From an uncultured Planctomycetota bacterium (GTDB lineage Bacteria; Planctomycetota; Planctomycetia; Isosphaerales; Isosphaeraceae): 64,000 nt of DNA. Position numbers and translations under genes: made by a program. This document shows positions 19,426 through 31,080 of the stretch, piece by piece. Under the pieces are notes generated by a model that saw only the letters and a program-made list of their open reading frames with translations, ran no database searches and had not been told where the DNA came from. Where the stretch lies: positions 64,001 through 128,000 of the forward strand of contig CAWJTV010000038.1 in assembly GCA_963845755.1 (NCBI GenBank), written 5' to 3'. Each line of letters begins with the position of its first letter. Positions within the stretch are counted from its first letter, which is position 1.

Positions 19426-21947
19426 TCAATACTGGTCGGCCGAGATGACCTCGCCCGAGCCCCGAGTGATCAGGGCCTTCCAGACCTGAAGAGCGACCGA
19501 GTTCTTGAGGAACCGAACCGAGCCGTCGGCGAACGCGGTGTTGAACCCGCCGGGGTGGGGCGAGCCGGCGCCCTGGAGCGAGGGCTTGGCTTCCGGGTCG
19601 AACTTCAGCTCATCGGGCTTGGACCAGGGGACCGCGTCCTTCGACTCCACGACCATGACCGTGTTGGACGTGCCATCGGTGACATTCTGGAAGCCCATGC
19701 TCTGACCCTCCTCGAACAGGGCGCCATTCCCCACGAAAACCCGGTAGGTCGTCGTGCCGGCCTCGGGACTGCGCCGGCTGGGGCAGAGGTAAACCTGCGG
19801 CATCTCCTTGATGAGGGGCTTGTTGTTCGGGCTGTCCCACGGCTCGTCGAGCTTGAATTTGTTGTAGAGCTCCTGCTGCTCGAGATACGGGAGGATGGCC
19901 ACCCGCCAGCTCAGGAGCGGCTTGCCGTCCTTGTCGGTGATGGCCGGCATGGGTAACGCATTGTTGGCGGAGTGGTGATTGTGGAAGGCCAGGGCGATCT
20001 GCTTGAGATTATTGACGCACTGGGCTCGACGAGCCGCCTCGCGCGCCGATTGCGTGGCCGGCAGGAGCATCGCGATCAAGAATCCGCCGACGGCCGGTGA
20101 GGTGAGGCCCGGGATCGGCTCGCGCGCGATCAGGCTCGCCCCCTGCCCGTCCACCTGAAGTGCCGTCGACGCGGGGAACAACAAGGGGATCAATTCCTCG
20201 GCGCGAGGGAGCTTGTCGGGGTCGACCCTCAGGGTCGGAGTCGCGGCTGCGCCGGCTGGCGGCGGAGGGCCGAACTGGCCGCGCATCCGCCGCGCCTGGG
20301 CCATCTGGGCGTTGATCTGCTCCGCCAGGATCGGCAGGGCTTCGAGGAAAGCCGGCATCGTCTGGCGTGGATCCGCGATCCGCAAGTAGACCAGGTTCGC
20401 GGGGACCTTGCTCACGACCGGGACAAAGGCTTCGGTAGGCTTCCAGCGCCGGTCCATCGGGAGTCCGGAGAGGTTGGCGGTCTGCTCGGCCGCGACGGTC
20501 GAGGCGGCGATGGCGAGCTGATCCTTGCCCAGGACGATGGTCGGCCGGAACAGCGTCGCGAACGGCGGCGGCAGCAAGCCGGCGGGCAGGTCCAGGACGT
20601 ACGCCGGGCGCGTGCCCTCCTGCTTCCGGAATTCCAGGCCACCGCCGACGGGGACTTGCTGCAATATCTGGTTCGCCGTCTTCATCACCGGATCGATCGC
20701 GCGCGTCAAGGCGGCCTGATCGTGGACCTCAGCCGCGATCGTGAGGCCGGAAAAACTGTTCATCATCTGCGCCGCGCGACTCCCGCCGCCTTCGGCGCCC
20801 CCGGGGGACGCCTGCACGTAAACGGCCAACTTCGGGCCGAGGCCGGCGATCAGGTCCTTGCGGAGGTCGAAGCCGAATTGCTGGCGGATGGCGTCCTCGA
20901 CCATGGCGACGCGGTCGGGGCCATTGGCATCGGCCGGCTTCAAAAGCGTGGTGATCTGATCATACGTCTTCGTGAAGTCGATCGACAGCACGGTGAATCC
21001 GGTCAAGCCGGCGGGCATCGGAGGCAACGAGCCGGCGTCGAAGGTGGGCTGATCCATCAGTGCGAGCAATCCACGCCGGGGAGCTGGGGCCACCGCGCGG
21101 AGCACGGTCCGCATGGCGTCTCCCTCGAAGCCCCAGACGAACTCGATGCGCTTCACCCCGTCGAGACCCAGACGCACGGCGTCGGATGACATCGGTGGCA
21201 ACTTGGTGACGTCGAAAAACCCCACCGCGGCGGGCTGGAAGCCGCCCTCAGCCTTCAGAAGCGCCGTGCGGAGCGGATGATCGGAAGCGCCCGGCTGCTT
21301 GCCATCGAGCACGGCGAGGATCAAGTCGGGCTGGTTGGACAGGACCAGGTCACCTTTCTCGATCCACCAGAAGCTCTCCGGATTGATCGCGTGGATCGCG
21401 CGCCGGACTTCTGGACGGGCTCAGGCGCGGGGTCGGATCGGGTCGCGAGCTCGAGAAGTCGGTGCAGCTCCGGCCGGTCGCCGCCGCGTACCACGAAAAC
21501 CGTCCCGACCTGCTCGGGACCCTTCTCCCAGGCACCGAAGGCAAATCCCTGGCGAGCGGCCAGCTCGAACGTCCCGATGATGTCGGCCGACTTGACCCGG
21601 CTCTCCGCCGGTGTGAATTGCTGGCTCACCTCGGTGTACTGGCCCACCAGGTCTTCCAGAAGTACGCCCAACTTGGTGCTGGTCAAGAGTTTGTAGGCGG
21701 CCGACGCCCGCCATGCGGCCTGATGCGCGTCGACTCCGTCGAATTCCAGGTAGCTGATCAGGTCCTGTTGCGGCACATATCGCGCCAGTGGCCCCTGGAC
21801 GCCAGGAGGGATGGCCGGCTGGGCCACCTGGCCGCGAGCCCATCCCGAAGATGCCGCCAGCAGGAAAGCGATTCCCACAACCACCCCACCGATCCGACGC
21901 CGCCTCGTTGAACCATCCGCGGCTGCTGAAACGCCAGCACTCATCAT
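19426..21947 (-). CDS. Exported protein with C-terminal DUF1559 (SBP_bac_10) and H-X9-DG motif, frameshift near 21400
   Basis: LLPATQSAREAARRAQCVNNLKQIALAFHNH, TDGTSNT, HPGGFNTAFADGSV. The N-terminal ORF with signal peptide joins by a single frameshift. Confidence 0.85.
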
Positions 21948-22068
21948 ATCAATCTCCGTTTTGCAGTCCGTGAGTTGAGGTCCATGGGCCATCGTGCAGG
22001 CTATTCGGCGAGGGTCTCACAAGATTGAATCCGTGGGGGAAGTTATGCCTTGAGCCTGAGGGACGGAT

Positions 22069-22170
22069 GCATTCTCGATTCAGGATTCCCAGGAACGCGG
22101 TTGGAGACGCTTCCCGATCGGGGAATCTTGAATCTCGAATCCCTCGAGGGATTGCGGCCGCAGGCCGCAT
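22069..22170 (-). repeat. GGCCGCAA-anchored GATTC/GAATC heptamer hairpin element
   Basis: Reverse complement reads gcggcctgcggccgcaa...gagggattcgagattcaagattcccgatc...gggaatcctgaatcgagaat, homologous to 57038-57136. Confidence 0.75.
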
Positions 22171-22194
22171 GAGAAGTCCCGATCGCCGACCCGC

Positions 22195-22638
22195 TCAATC
22201 GCCCGAAGGCGCCGGGATCGCCGGCGAGAGGTACGCGTCGAAGACCCGGACCTTCTCCCAGTTCTCCTTGTTGTCCTCGATGAACTTCAGGTGCCGCGGG
22301 TGATCGTGGTACTTGTCGTGGGCCGCCTTGTTGACGAAGAGCAGGTGCAGCGACACATCCCAGTCGCGGTCGTTGACCTCGCGCCGGAGGTCGTTGGCGA
22401 CCGTCCCGGTGGCGAACGAGATGGTGCCCTCGTGCTTGGTGAGGTAGACCTTGCAAGCGGCGAGCAGCTTGGCGCGGGCTTCTCCCGAGTTGTCCTTGAG
22501 CTTGAAGAAGACGGTATGGGCTAACTGGGTGCCGTCATCCGCGGCACCCGTGGCCACGGCAGCCAGAGGGACCGCCATCGCGATGGCTGCCAGGGCCATC
22601 AGGCCGCCGAGAATCGAAATCGTATGGGTCGTGAACAT
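22195..22638 (-). CDS. Dabb (stress-responsive A/B barrel) family protein with signal peptide
   Basis: HTVFFKLK, YHDHPRH, VRVFD. Confidence 0.85.
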   Translation of the reverse strand: MFTTHTISILGGLMALAAIAMAVPLAAVATGAADDGTQLAHTVFFKLKDNSGEARAKLLAACKVYLTKHEGTISFATGTVANDLRREVNDRDWDVSLHLLFVNKAAHDKYHDHPRHLKFIEDNKENWEKVRVFDAYLSPAIPAPSGD

Positions 22639-22786
22639 CAGGATTCCTCGAACGATCGACGATCAGAAGCTAGCCCTCGCGCACCGGAGGCGCGAGGGCA
22701 CGAAACATCACGGTCCGTCATGATGGCCCGAAATGGTCCGGTTCGCAAGGCTTCGCCGCCGTCCGGCTGGACGACCGAGCCCGCGA

Positions 22787-23617
22787 TCAGCCGGTCTGGC
22801 TTTCGCGGCGAAGCAGCGGCAAAGGCACGTAGTAGGTGCGGTAGCACTTGCCGTCGGAGAACCTCTGACCGCCGGGGTCCGGGACCAGCACGGTGGCGCG
22901 GCGGGTGATCCGGTTGACATGACCGAGGTGCCGCACGCCGTCGAGCACGAAGCTGACGGGGTCGCCGACCTTGATCCCGAAGGCCACCACGGCCTCCTCG
23001 CGCGGAGTGACCAGGTCGTGATAGGCCCCCTCGTGGGCGAAGATCCGCCGGGACAGGGCATGGAAGTTCCCGGCCCGGCAATTCGACCGGCCCCAGCCCA
23101 GGAACTCGGCCAGGTGCAGCAGCTCGTGCTCGAAGATCCGTTGCAGGGCCTCGAGCCGGTCGCGACAGACCAGCCCCCCGACCTCGACCCTCCGATCCAC
23201 GTTCTGGAACGTGTTGAAGAGCAGGGTCGTCGAGACCGTGATCTCGTATTCGACCTGGGTCGCCGGCCTGCCGGCGCGCACGACCCGCCGGACCTGCCGC
23301 ATGGTCTGACCGGCCGCGCGGACCAATCGCCGCGACAGCCGGAACGCCATCGGATGGGCCCCGTCCTCGTGGAGCATCTCGCCCAGCCGGCCGCGGAAGT
23401 ACTCGCGGTCGTAAGCCGAGAAGAGCCGCTCCAGGTCGTCGCCGCCGATCACCGTGAAATTCCCGGTGCGGATGTGGGGAGACTGGCCCAGGATCTCGTC
23501 GTAGATCCGGCGCGCCCGCTGCTCGACCTCCTCGGCCGAGTAGAGCAGCGCGAACAGTTTGGCCTGCCGCTCCGGTCCCGGGCCTGATATGATAGAGAAA
23601 CCCACGTCGTCGTTCAT
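22787..23617 (-). CDS. SprT-like putative zinc metalloprotein; start uncertain
   Basis: YDREYF...SRRLVRAAG...FEHELLHLAE (HExxH). Confidence 0.6.
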   Translation of the reverse strand: MNDDVGFSIISGPGPERQAKLFALLYSAEEVEQRARRIYDEILGQSPHIRTGNFTVIGGDDLERLFSAYDREYFRGRLGEMLHEDGAHPMAFRLSRRLVRAAGQTMRQVRRVVRAGRPATQVEYEITVSTTLLFNTFQNVDRRVEVGGLVCRDRLEALQRIFEHELLHLAEFLGWGRSNCRAGNFHALSRRIFAHEGAYHDLVTPREEAVVAFGIKVGDPVSFVLDGVRHLGHVNRITRRATVLVPDPGGQRFSDGKCYRTYYVPLPLLRRESQTG

Positions 23618-23830
23618 CAGTGATCGGTTGCTCCAACATGCTTTGATCTCTGAGCATCCGCAGACCGAATCGGGCACGACGTGCGGATCCTTCTGTCGTG
23701 CATCTTCGACGATTTGTGACGACGGTAGCATGGACGCCAGCACCCTGTCCACCTCTCCAGAACCGAGGTCGAGCCATGACGCCGACAAGCGCTTCCGAGG
23801 AAGCCGACCACGATGCGGCGGGACGCCGGT

Positions 23831-25303
23831 ATGTTCGTGCGACGGTTTCGAAGTTGTGTCGCCGTCGCCGCCTTGCTGACCGCGGGACAGGCTGCGGCGT
23901 TTCAGGCAAGCCGGCCGGTCGAAGGGAGGCCGGTACCCGCCGGGACCGAACCCTTACTGCCGGGAGCATTGGGACGCGTACCGGACGGGATCGGCACCGG
24001 CGCGCCGTTCGACGTCGCGGCGTTCTTCGCGGCACCACCGGCCGATCTCAACGCCGCCCCCCTTTATCTCGATGCCCTGTTCGAGTTCGATCCCGTGATG
24101 GCCGCCTGTTTCCCGGCGAATGCGGAGACGGCGCGGCGGAAACAGATCGCCGAGCCGAGGATCCAGTCCGTAAGCCAGGCGTATGACGCATTCGTGAAAG
24201 ACCCGGCGTCGGTCTCCGCCGAGGCGATCGACCGGCTGGTCGCGGACCTCGAAACGGGGATGCGCAGAGTGGAGGAAGCCCAGCGCCGCCCGCGGTGCGT
24301 GTTCCAGACCGGCCTGAGTCTCAGGAGCCCGCCGGTCCACGCCCATGCGGCCCGTCAGGTCGCGCGCCTCGCGGTCTTGCGAACCCGGCGCAGTCTCGAC
24401 CGCGGAGACCTCGAGCAGCCGCTGCACGATCTTGCGATCGTTTTGCGCCTGGCTCGCGATCTCCGCCCCCGCGGACCGATGACCTGCCAGCTCGTCGCCA
24501 CCACGATGACCGGGGTGTGCAGCAGACAAATCACCCTTCCCCTGCTGGCCAATCCGGCTTTCGGCGACCAGCACGCGCGCCGGCTCTTGAAGCTCTGGGC
24601 CGACCACGAAGCGAACTCGATCGACGGGTACCGAGAGGGACTCCAGGCGGAATACGTGACGCTCCGCAAGCTCCTCGCGGAGGTGCTGAAGGACCCCCAC
24701 GGATCGATCCCCGACTTGCTCGATCGGATCCTCAACAACCGAAGGGAAGGCCCGAGTGAGAAGCCCAGGGCCTACACTCAGATCGTGCGGCATCAGATCG
24801 AGGGCATGACCGTCGAGCAGGTCAACCAGGTGAACTCCAAGGTCAACGAGGTTTTTCGCGACTTGCTGGCCCTCGAGGATCGCCCGTTCCCGCGCTGGCC
24901 CGAGGAGCCGTTCGACGTCAAGCAGTTCGTGGATGGCTCGTTCTATGCGAAGCTACCAGCCATCGTTCTCCCGGCCGCCCGTTCCTGCGGTGAGGCCGAG
25001 TCCCGTGCGAAGGCGTATGTCCGGTGCACCATGAGTCTCATCGCCCTGAGAATGTGGATGGATCGGACGCACCGGCTGCCGACGGACCTCGACGACGTAA
25101 TCAAGGCCGCCGGCCTGCCGAAGGTTCCGGTCAACCCGTATTCCGGCGACCCTCTTCGCCTGGCGATCATCGACGGCAAGCCGGTGATCTACTCGATCGG
25201 CAAGGACGGTCGCGACGATGGCGGGAAGATCGACTCCAACTATGACCATAAGCCGGGTGATCTGACGTTCCGCCTCCCGGCGATCGAGGAGCCGGAACGA
25301 TGA
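23831..25303 (+). CDS. Hypothetical exported helical protein with GspG-C-like tail
   Basis: Signal peptide; NAAPLY; C-terminal LPTDLDD...PVNPYSGDPL...IYSIGKDGRDDGG. Confidence 0.7.
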   Translation: MFVRRFRSCVAVAALLTAGQAAAFQASRPVEGRPVPAGTEPLLPGALGRVPDGIGTGAPFDVAAFFAAPPADLNAAPLYLDALFEFDPVMAACFPANAETARRKQIAEPRIQSVSQAYDAFVKDPASVSAEAIDRLVADLETGMRRVEEAQRRPRCVFQTGLSLRSPPVHAHAARQVARLAVLRTRRSLDRGDLEQPLHDLAIVLRLARDLRPRGPMTCQLVATTMTGVCSRQITLPLLANPAFGDQHARRLLKLWADHEANSIDGYREGLQAEYVTLRKLLAEVLKDPHGSIPDLLDRILNNRREGPSEKPRAYTQIVRHQIEGMTVEQVNQVNSKVNEVFRDLLALEDRPFPRWPEEPFDVKQFVDGSFYAKLPAIVLPAARSCGEAESRAKAYVRCTMSLIALRMWMDRTHRLPTDLDDVIKAAGLPKVPVNPYSGDPLRLAIIDGKPVIYSIGKDGRDDGGKIDSNYDHKPGDLTFRLPAIEEPER

Positions 25304-25410
25304 CGCCCGCCGAGGAGGCCACGACCCGCGCCTACCGCGTCGCGCTCACCGGCTTAGGGATCATCCGGATGCAGACGGGCTTGCTGAGATCCGTGATCGA
25401 TCATCTCACC

Positions 25411-26853
25411 TCAGGCCAGGATCTCCCGGATGACGCGGCCGTGGACGTCGGTCAATCGCCGGTCGATGCCATTGTGGCGAAAGGTCAGGCGGGTATGGTC
25501 GATGCCGAGCAGGTGGAGCGCGGTGGCGTGGAGGTCGTAGCCGTAGGTGGGGTTCTCGGCGGCCTTGTATGACCACTCGTCGCTGGCGCCATGAGTTATG
25601 CCGCCCTTGATGCCTCCGCCGGCCAGCCAGGAGGTGAAGGTCGCCGGATTGTGATCGCGTCCCTTGCCGCCCTGACTGCACGGCATCCGGCCGAACTCGG
25701 TGGTCCAGATGATGAGCGTGTCGTCGAGCATCCCGCGCGACTTGAGGTCCTTGATCAGGGCCGCGGCGGGCCGGTCCATGCTCCGGCCCATCTCGCCGTG
25801 GTCGCGGGCGATGTCCTCGTGCGAGTCCCAATTGCGACGCGGGAACCCGTTGTCCGCGCCGCTCCAGACCTGGACGAACCGCACGCCGCGCTCAAGCAAC
25901 CGGCGGGCGACCAGGCAGTTTTGGCCGAAGTCGGCCGTGATCGGCTCATCCAGGCCGTAGAGGTCCCGGGTGGCGTGAGACTCGCTGGAGAGATTCAGCA
26001 CCTCGGGCGCGCTCAATTGCAGCCGGGCGGCCAGTTCGTAGGAAGCGATCCGCGCGTCGAGCCGCGAGTCACCGTCGCGCCCGGCGCGATGCGCGCGGTT
26101 CAGCGTATCGAGCAAGGCCAGCCCGTCACGCTGGCTATCGGGGGTCAGTTCCGGATCGTCGGGCGGGAACAGGTCGAAGATCGGGTTCCGGGAGGCGGCC
26201 TTGACCATCGTCCCCTGATAGGCCGCCGGCAGGAACCCGGCGGCCCAGTTGGCCGGCCCGTTCGGGGCGAACCCGCGCGAGTCGGGCAGGACCACGAATG
26301 CCGGCAGGTTGTCGTTGAGGCTGCCCAGGCCGTACGAGACCCACGCACCGAAGCTCGGGAAGCCCGGGAGGACGAACCCCGTGTTCTGCATGAACGTCGC
26401 CGGCCCGTGCACGTTCGACCTCGAGATCATCGCCGGCAGGAACGCCATGTCGTCAACGCAATCGGCCAGATGGACGACCAGGTCGCTCATCCACTTGCCG
26501 CAGCCGCCGTATTGCTTCCAGCTCCAGGGGCTCTTCATGACCGCGCCCGGCGTGCTCTGGAACAGCTCGATCTTGCCCCCCGGGTCGAACCGCTCGCCGT
26601 GCTTCCGGATCAGCAGCGGCTTGTAGTCGAACAGGTCGCACTGGCTGGCCGCGCCCGACATGAAGAACTCGACGACCCGCCGCGCCCGTGCCGGATGGTG
26701 CAGCCCGCCATTCCACTCCGAATGAGCCCGGTGTGACGCGCCGTCACCGGCCAGCAATCCCTCGGTTCCGAGCATGTGCGCCAATGCGACTCCTCCGAGG
26801 CCGCCCCCGGCGCTCCAGAGGAAGCGACGCCGATCAAGTCGATGCGCGCTCAT
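25411..26853 (-). CDS. DUF1501 domain-containing protein (Tat signal)
   Basis: RRRFL, ARRLLERGVRFVQ, WDSH, TTEFGRMP, GRDH, YDLHAT. Confidence 0.92.
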   Translation of the reverse strand: MSAHRLDRRRFLWSAGGGLGGVALAHMLGTEGLLAGDGASHRAHSEWNGGLHHPARARRVVEFFMSGAASQCDLFDYKPLLIRKHGERFDPGGKIELFQSTPGAVMKSPWSWKQYGGCGKWMSDLVVHLADCVDDMAFLPAMISRSNVHGPATFMQNTGFVLPGFPSFGAWVSYGLGSLNDNLPAFVVLPDSRGFAPNGPANWAAGFLPAAYQGTMVKAASRNPIFDLFPPDDPELTPDSQRDGLALLDTLNRAHRAGRDGDSRLDARIASYELAARLQLSAPEVLNLSSESHATRDLYGLDEPITADFGQNCLVARRLLERGVRFVQVWSGADNGFPRRNWDSHEDIARDHGEMGRSMDRPAAALIKDLKSRGMLDDTLIIWTTEFGRMPCSQGGKGRDHNPATFTSWLAGGGIKGGITHGASDEWSYKAAENPTYGYDLHATALHLLGIDHTRLTFRHNGIDRRLTDVHGRVIREILA

Positions 26854-26874
26854 GGGCCGTCCTCAAAGGTTCTC

Positions 26875-29800
26875 TCAATCAATAAACAGAAACTCATTCG
26901 TATTGAACAAGAGTCGACAGGCGTTGGCCAGGCCATGTTTCACGACGTATGCGATCGTGGCGTCACGCTCGGCAGGGTTCGGCGGTCGTCCCAGCGCGCG
27001 GACGAACGCGGCCTCGACCTGCCGCGCCGGGTCGCGATCGAGGCTCGCGACCCGGCGCGCGAACTCGTGCGATTGCTTGACCATGAATACGTCATTGAGT
27101 AGCGCGCAGCGCCTGGAGGGCCGTGATCGTCGTGCTCCGCACCGGCGTGTTCACGTTCGGGTCGGCGCCGTCCATGCAATCAAGGAACGGGTTGGGCACG
27201 CTCCGCACGATGAACCGATAGATCGTGCGGCGGCGCACCCGGGGATTGTCGATCGCCTCGGGCGCGGTGTGGTCATAAATCGGCGAGTGGTCATCCTTGA
27301 ACCGGAACAGCTCGAAGCCCGGCCCGCCCATCCGAGAATCGAGCGTGCCGCTGACGGCCAGGACGCTGTCGCGCAGCTCTTCGGCGTCGAGCCGCTGGCG
27401 GTTCATCCTCCAGAGCCATCGGTTGTCGCCGTCGACCTTGGCGGCGGCGGGGTCGTCGCGCGACGACTGCCGGTAGACGGCGCTGGTGACGATCAACCGG
27501 TGGATCGACTTGAGCGACTGGCCGCCGCCATCGCGGAGTTCGACCGCGAGCCAGTCGAGCAGGTCCGGGTGGGTCGGCCTCGATCCATTCCGACCGAAGT
27601 CGTTGGGCGTGTCGACCAGTCCGCGCCCGAAATGGTAGTGCCAGAGTCGGTTGGCGATCGAGCGCCAGGTGAGACGATTGGCGGGGCTGGCGATCCAGTC
27701 GGCCAGCGCGGCGCGGCGTGCCCCCTCATCCTGGGAATGGGGGAGTGTGAAGAGAGGATCGAGCCCCGGCACACACGAGAGCGACCCGGGCCGGACCGCC
27801 TCGCCGGGCTGCTCGACGTCACCGCGGCGGAGCACGGAGATCGGCCGCGGAGCGTGGGGCCTCACGCCGTAGACCATCTCACCGGGAGGCAGATCCTTGA
27901 TCCGCGCATCCCGCTCGGCCATCTCCTTGCGGGCCGACTCGAGTTCCGCGCGCAAGCTCGGGTCGATCAGGGTGCCGGCCAGGCGGCGCCGGTTGCGGAC
28001 CAACTGCTGGATTCGCGCGAGGAGTTCGTGGCGGCGGGCCGCCGACAGATCGGCCGGTCCCGGCCGGCGGCGCCGGCTATCGAAGCCATCCACCAGGTGC
28101 GCACGTCCCCACAATCCCCCCTCGATCGAGTCGAGCGCGGACACCGCCGCACCCCGGGCGACGTTCTCGCCACCGGAGATCACCTCCAGCTCGGAAAGTG
28201 CGAAGATATAATCATTTGTCCGCTTCCAGAGCCGGCCGGCCGTGACGCGTACGAACCGCGCGGGCCTTCCGTCGGCGCGGGCGACGTAGGGCTCGTCCTC
28301 GACGTTGGGCACGTCGGGCCGCTCCTCATCCGCGACGGCGATCGTCCGGCCTTTCGCGAAGGTCGGGTCTTCGGAGACTTCGACCCGGAACCGCACGGGG
28401 AACCCGAAGCCGCGCGTGTCGGCGAAGTCTACGGGACGGGCCGGGACCAGCCGGATCTCCTCGATGGGCACCGAGCGGCCCAGGTCCGCCTGGACCCACG
28501 CCGTGGCCTCGGGCGTGGCATGGATCGCCGAGTGGTACCCGTTGCTCGGGCTGGGCGACTTCCCCTCGGGACGCGGAGCATCGCCCAGCTCCGCACGAAG
28601 CGCTTTCAATGTCGCATCCAACCGGGCAAGTTCCGGGCTGGCCAGCGCAGCGATCCTGCGCTCGGCCGTTCCGAGGCGATTGGCAGCCGCGCGGCGTTCC
28701 TGTTCCAGCTCGCCTCGGAGCCGATCGGTTTCCCGGGTGTCATACGGCCGGTCGCCGCGATCGATGCCCGCGAACACCGCCTGCAATCGGTAATAGTCGC
28801 GCTGGGGAATCGGGTCGAATTTGTGGTCGTGGCATCGGGCACAGTGGACCGTCAGGCTGACGAAGGTGGACATGGTGTTGGACACCATGTCGTCGCGGTC
28901 GATCAATCGAGTCTTGAGCTTCTCGACGGTCGTCTCGCCCAGCTCGACGTGGCCGACGAAGTCCCACGGCCCGGCTGCGATGAACCCGGTGGCGATCACG
29001 CCGCGCGGGTCGTTCGGCTCGAGCACGTCGCCGGCGACCTGCTCGTGGATGAATCGGGAGTACGGCACATCCTCATTCAAGGATCGGATCACATAATCGC
29101 GGTAAGGCCAGGCATGATCCCGGCGCTTGTCCTTGTCGTAACCGTGGGTATCGCCATAGTGGACGACGTCGAGCCAGTGCCGGCCCCACCGTTCGCCGTA
29201 TCGCGGCGACGCCAGGAGTCGGTCGACCACCTTCTCGTAGGCGTCGGGAGCGCCGTCGCCGAGGAAGCGGTCGATCTCGTCGGGGGTCGGCGGCAGGCCG
29301 TGCAGGTCGAAGGTCACGCGGCGGATCAACGGCCGGCGATCGGCCTCGGGGCCGGGACGGAGGCGCCGGTCCTCGAGCTGACCGAGGATGAACCCATCGA
29401 TCGGCGTGCGAACCCAACGCCGGTCGCGGACCGCGGGCAGAGTCGGCCGGGTCAGCGGTCGGAACGCCCACCATGCCTCTCCGTCGAACCGGCGATCCCG
29501 CAGCGCCAGGTCCTCGGGCCAGCGAGCGCCCTGTTCGATCCACCGCCGCAGGCCCTCCACCTGGTCCTTCGAGAGCGGCTTATCCTTCTGGGGCATCTCG
29601 GGTGGATCGCCGGAGACCATGTCGAGGAGCGGGCTTTCCTCGGGCTTCCCCGGCTCGACGACCGGCCCGTTCTTACCACCTCGCCTCAATGCCGCGGCGG
29701 TCGTCAGCGACAACCCGCCCTTAGCCGAGGTCGCCCCGTGACAATGAACGCATCGCTTCTCGAAGATCGGCGCGACCTGATCGCGGAACAGCCGGTCCGG

Positions 29801-29875
29801 CTCGGCGGCGACGGCATCCGCCATCAATCCGAGCACAATCCCCAGCCCCACGACGATGTGCGCTGCCATGGTCAT
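26875..29875 (-). CDS. Planctomycete cytochrome c + DUF1549 + F5/8-like + DUF1553 (PSD1) protein, frameshift near 27105
   Basis: CVHCH, YGERWGRHWLD, CARCHDHKFDP, NRLWHYHFGRGLV, PTHPDLLDWLA; C-terminus ...LFNTNEFLFID in the other frame. Confidence 0.9.
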
Positions 29876-29948
29876 GAATGATCTCTCAAAGAACGTCAAT
29901 CCGACGGAATGGTCAACGGACTCACCTTCCGGTGCGCAACCTCGCCTT

Positions 29949-29986
29949 GGGTCGGACCAGGAACCCGCCACCAACTGGTCGGACCA
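29949..29986. promoter_or_regulatory. Two GntR/FadR-type operator-like palindromes
   Basis: GGGTCGGACCA (29949-29959) and TGGTCGGACCA (29976-29986), upstream of the DUF1553-DUF1501 pair. Confidence 0.5.
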
Positions 29987-31080
29987 CTTATCACGAATGA
30001 TAGTGGGGGTCCTGATGGAGCGTCAAGGATCAGATGGGATGTCTGGCCGAGGAGGTATTTTAAATGTTTAGATAAATATTTTTAAGTTATCTTTGTAAAT
30101 AACACGCACGACCGCGCCATTCCGCAGGGTTCGCTACGACTGAAGGAGCAAGGAAGCCTCGTCGCTCGAACTCGGATTACCCGAGATCAAGAACTCGGGG
30201 AATCCACCCGTCAACAGGAACTTGCGCCTATAATCTTAAAAACCCGCTACGTCAATCCGCTCTTTGATACATGCGGTGATCGTCGAGAAGAGCGTGTCGC
30301 GGACAGGGATCGTGATCCCTCGCTCAATGAGTGCCAGGTATTCGGACGAAACCTTGAGCGAGCGGATCCGCACCGCAACGAGCCGGGCCGACTTGATCGC
30401 CGAGACGAAGTCGTGAAAAAGCGGATGCAAGCAATCCCACCGGACCCAGCAGGGCAAGCCGATATCCCCATTCTTCCGCCCGAACTCGGCGCCCGTCATC
30501 GCTGTGTCGACAGAGACCCGTGACTCGCACCGGGCCGCGCGTTCGGATTCTCGCGGACAGGCGGACCATGCCGATCCCCAAGGCTCACTCGCGATTCAGG
30601 AGGGGTCTCGATGAGCGAAACCGGCGAGACCCTCGGCCTGAGGCTTTCGTGATCCGCGGGCACGCCTGCGAGCCAATAAGGTGGTATTCTCTGGATCGCC
30701 CCGCCCATGATTGCATTGCCTGGCGAGACTCCTTTCTGATAGAATCCGCGGTGTTAAACAATTGTCACGCTAGCGTCGGAAGGAACGGGATGAGTAAGAT
30801 AGAAGGGGACGCTTTCCTCCGAGCGCAGCCGGTGAATGCCTGCGAGGGTCGTTTAGGGCGCACGGCTTCGGGCGACCGGGAGGATCGAGCTTCGTGCTGC
30901 AACGTCAACCACCCACCCCCGGCCCGAGATGGACACCGAGGACGATTCTCACCGAAATGACTGAGAGAGACCGGGAGCCTCGCCCGGAGTGAGGCGCTGA
31001 TCAGCCGGCCCAGGGGACTGGACCTGGAAGGTTGAACGCGACCGACGACCTCGCAGATCGCTACATGGGAGCAGACCGAG

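Noticed and set aside
26774..29881. 1035-aa plus-strand ORF
   Set aside because: Antisense shadow of the DUF1549/DUF1553 gene; typical of high-GC DNA, no motifs.
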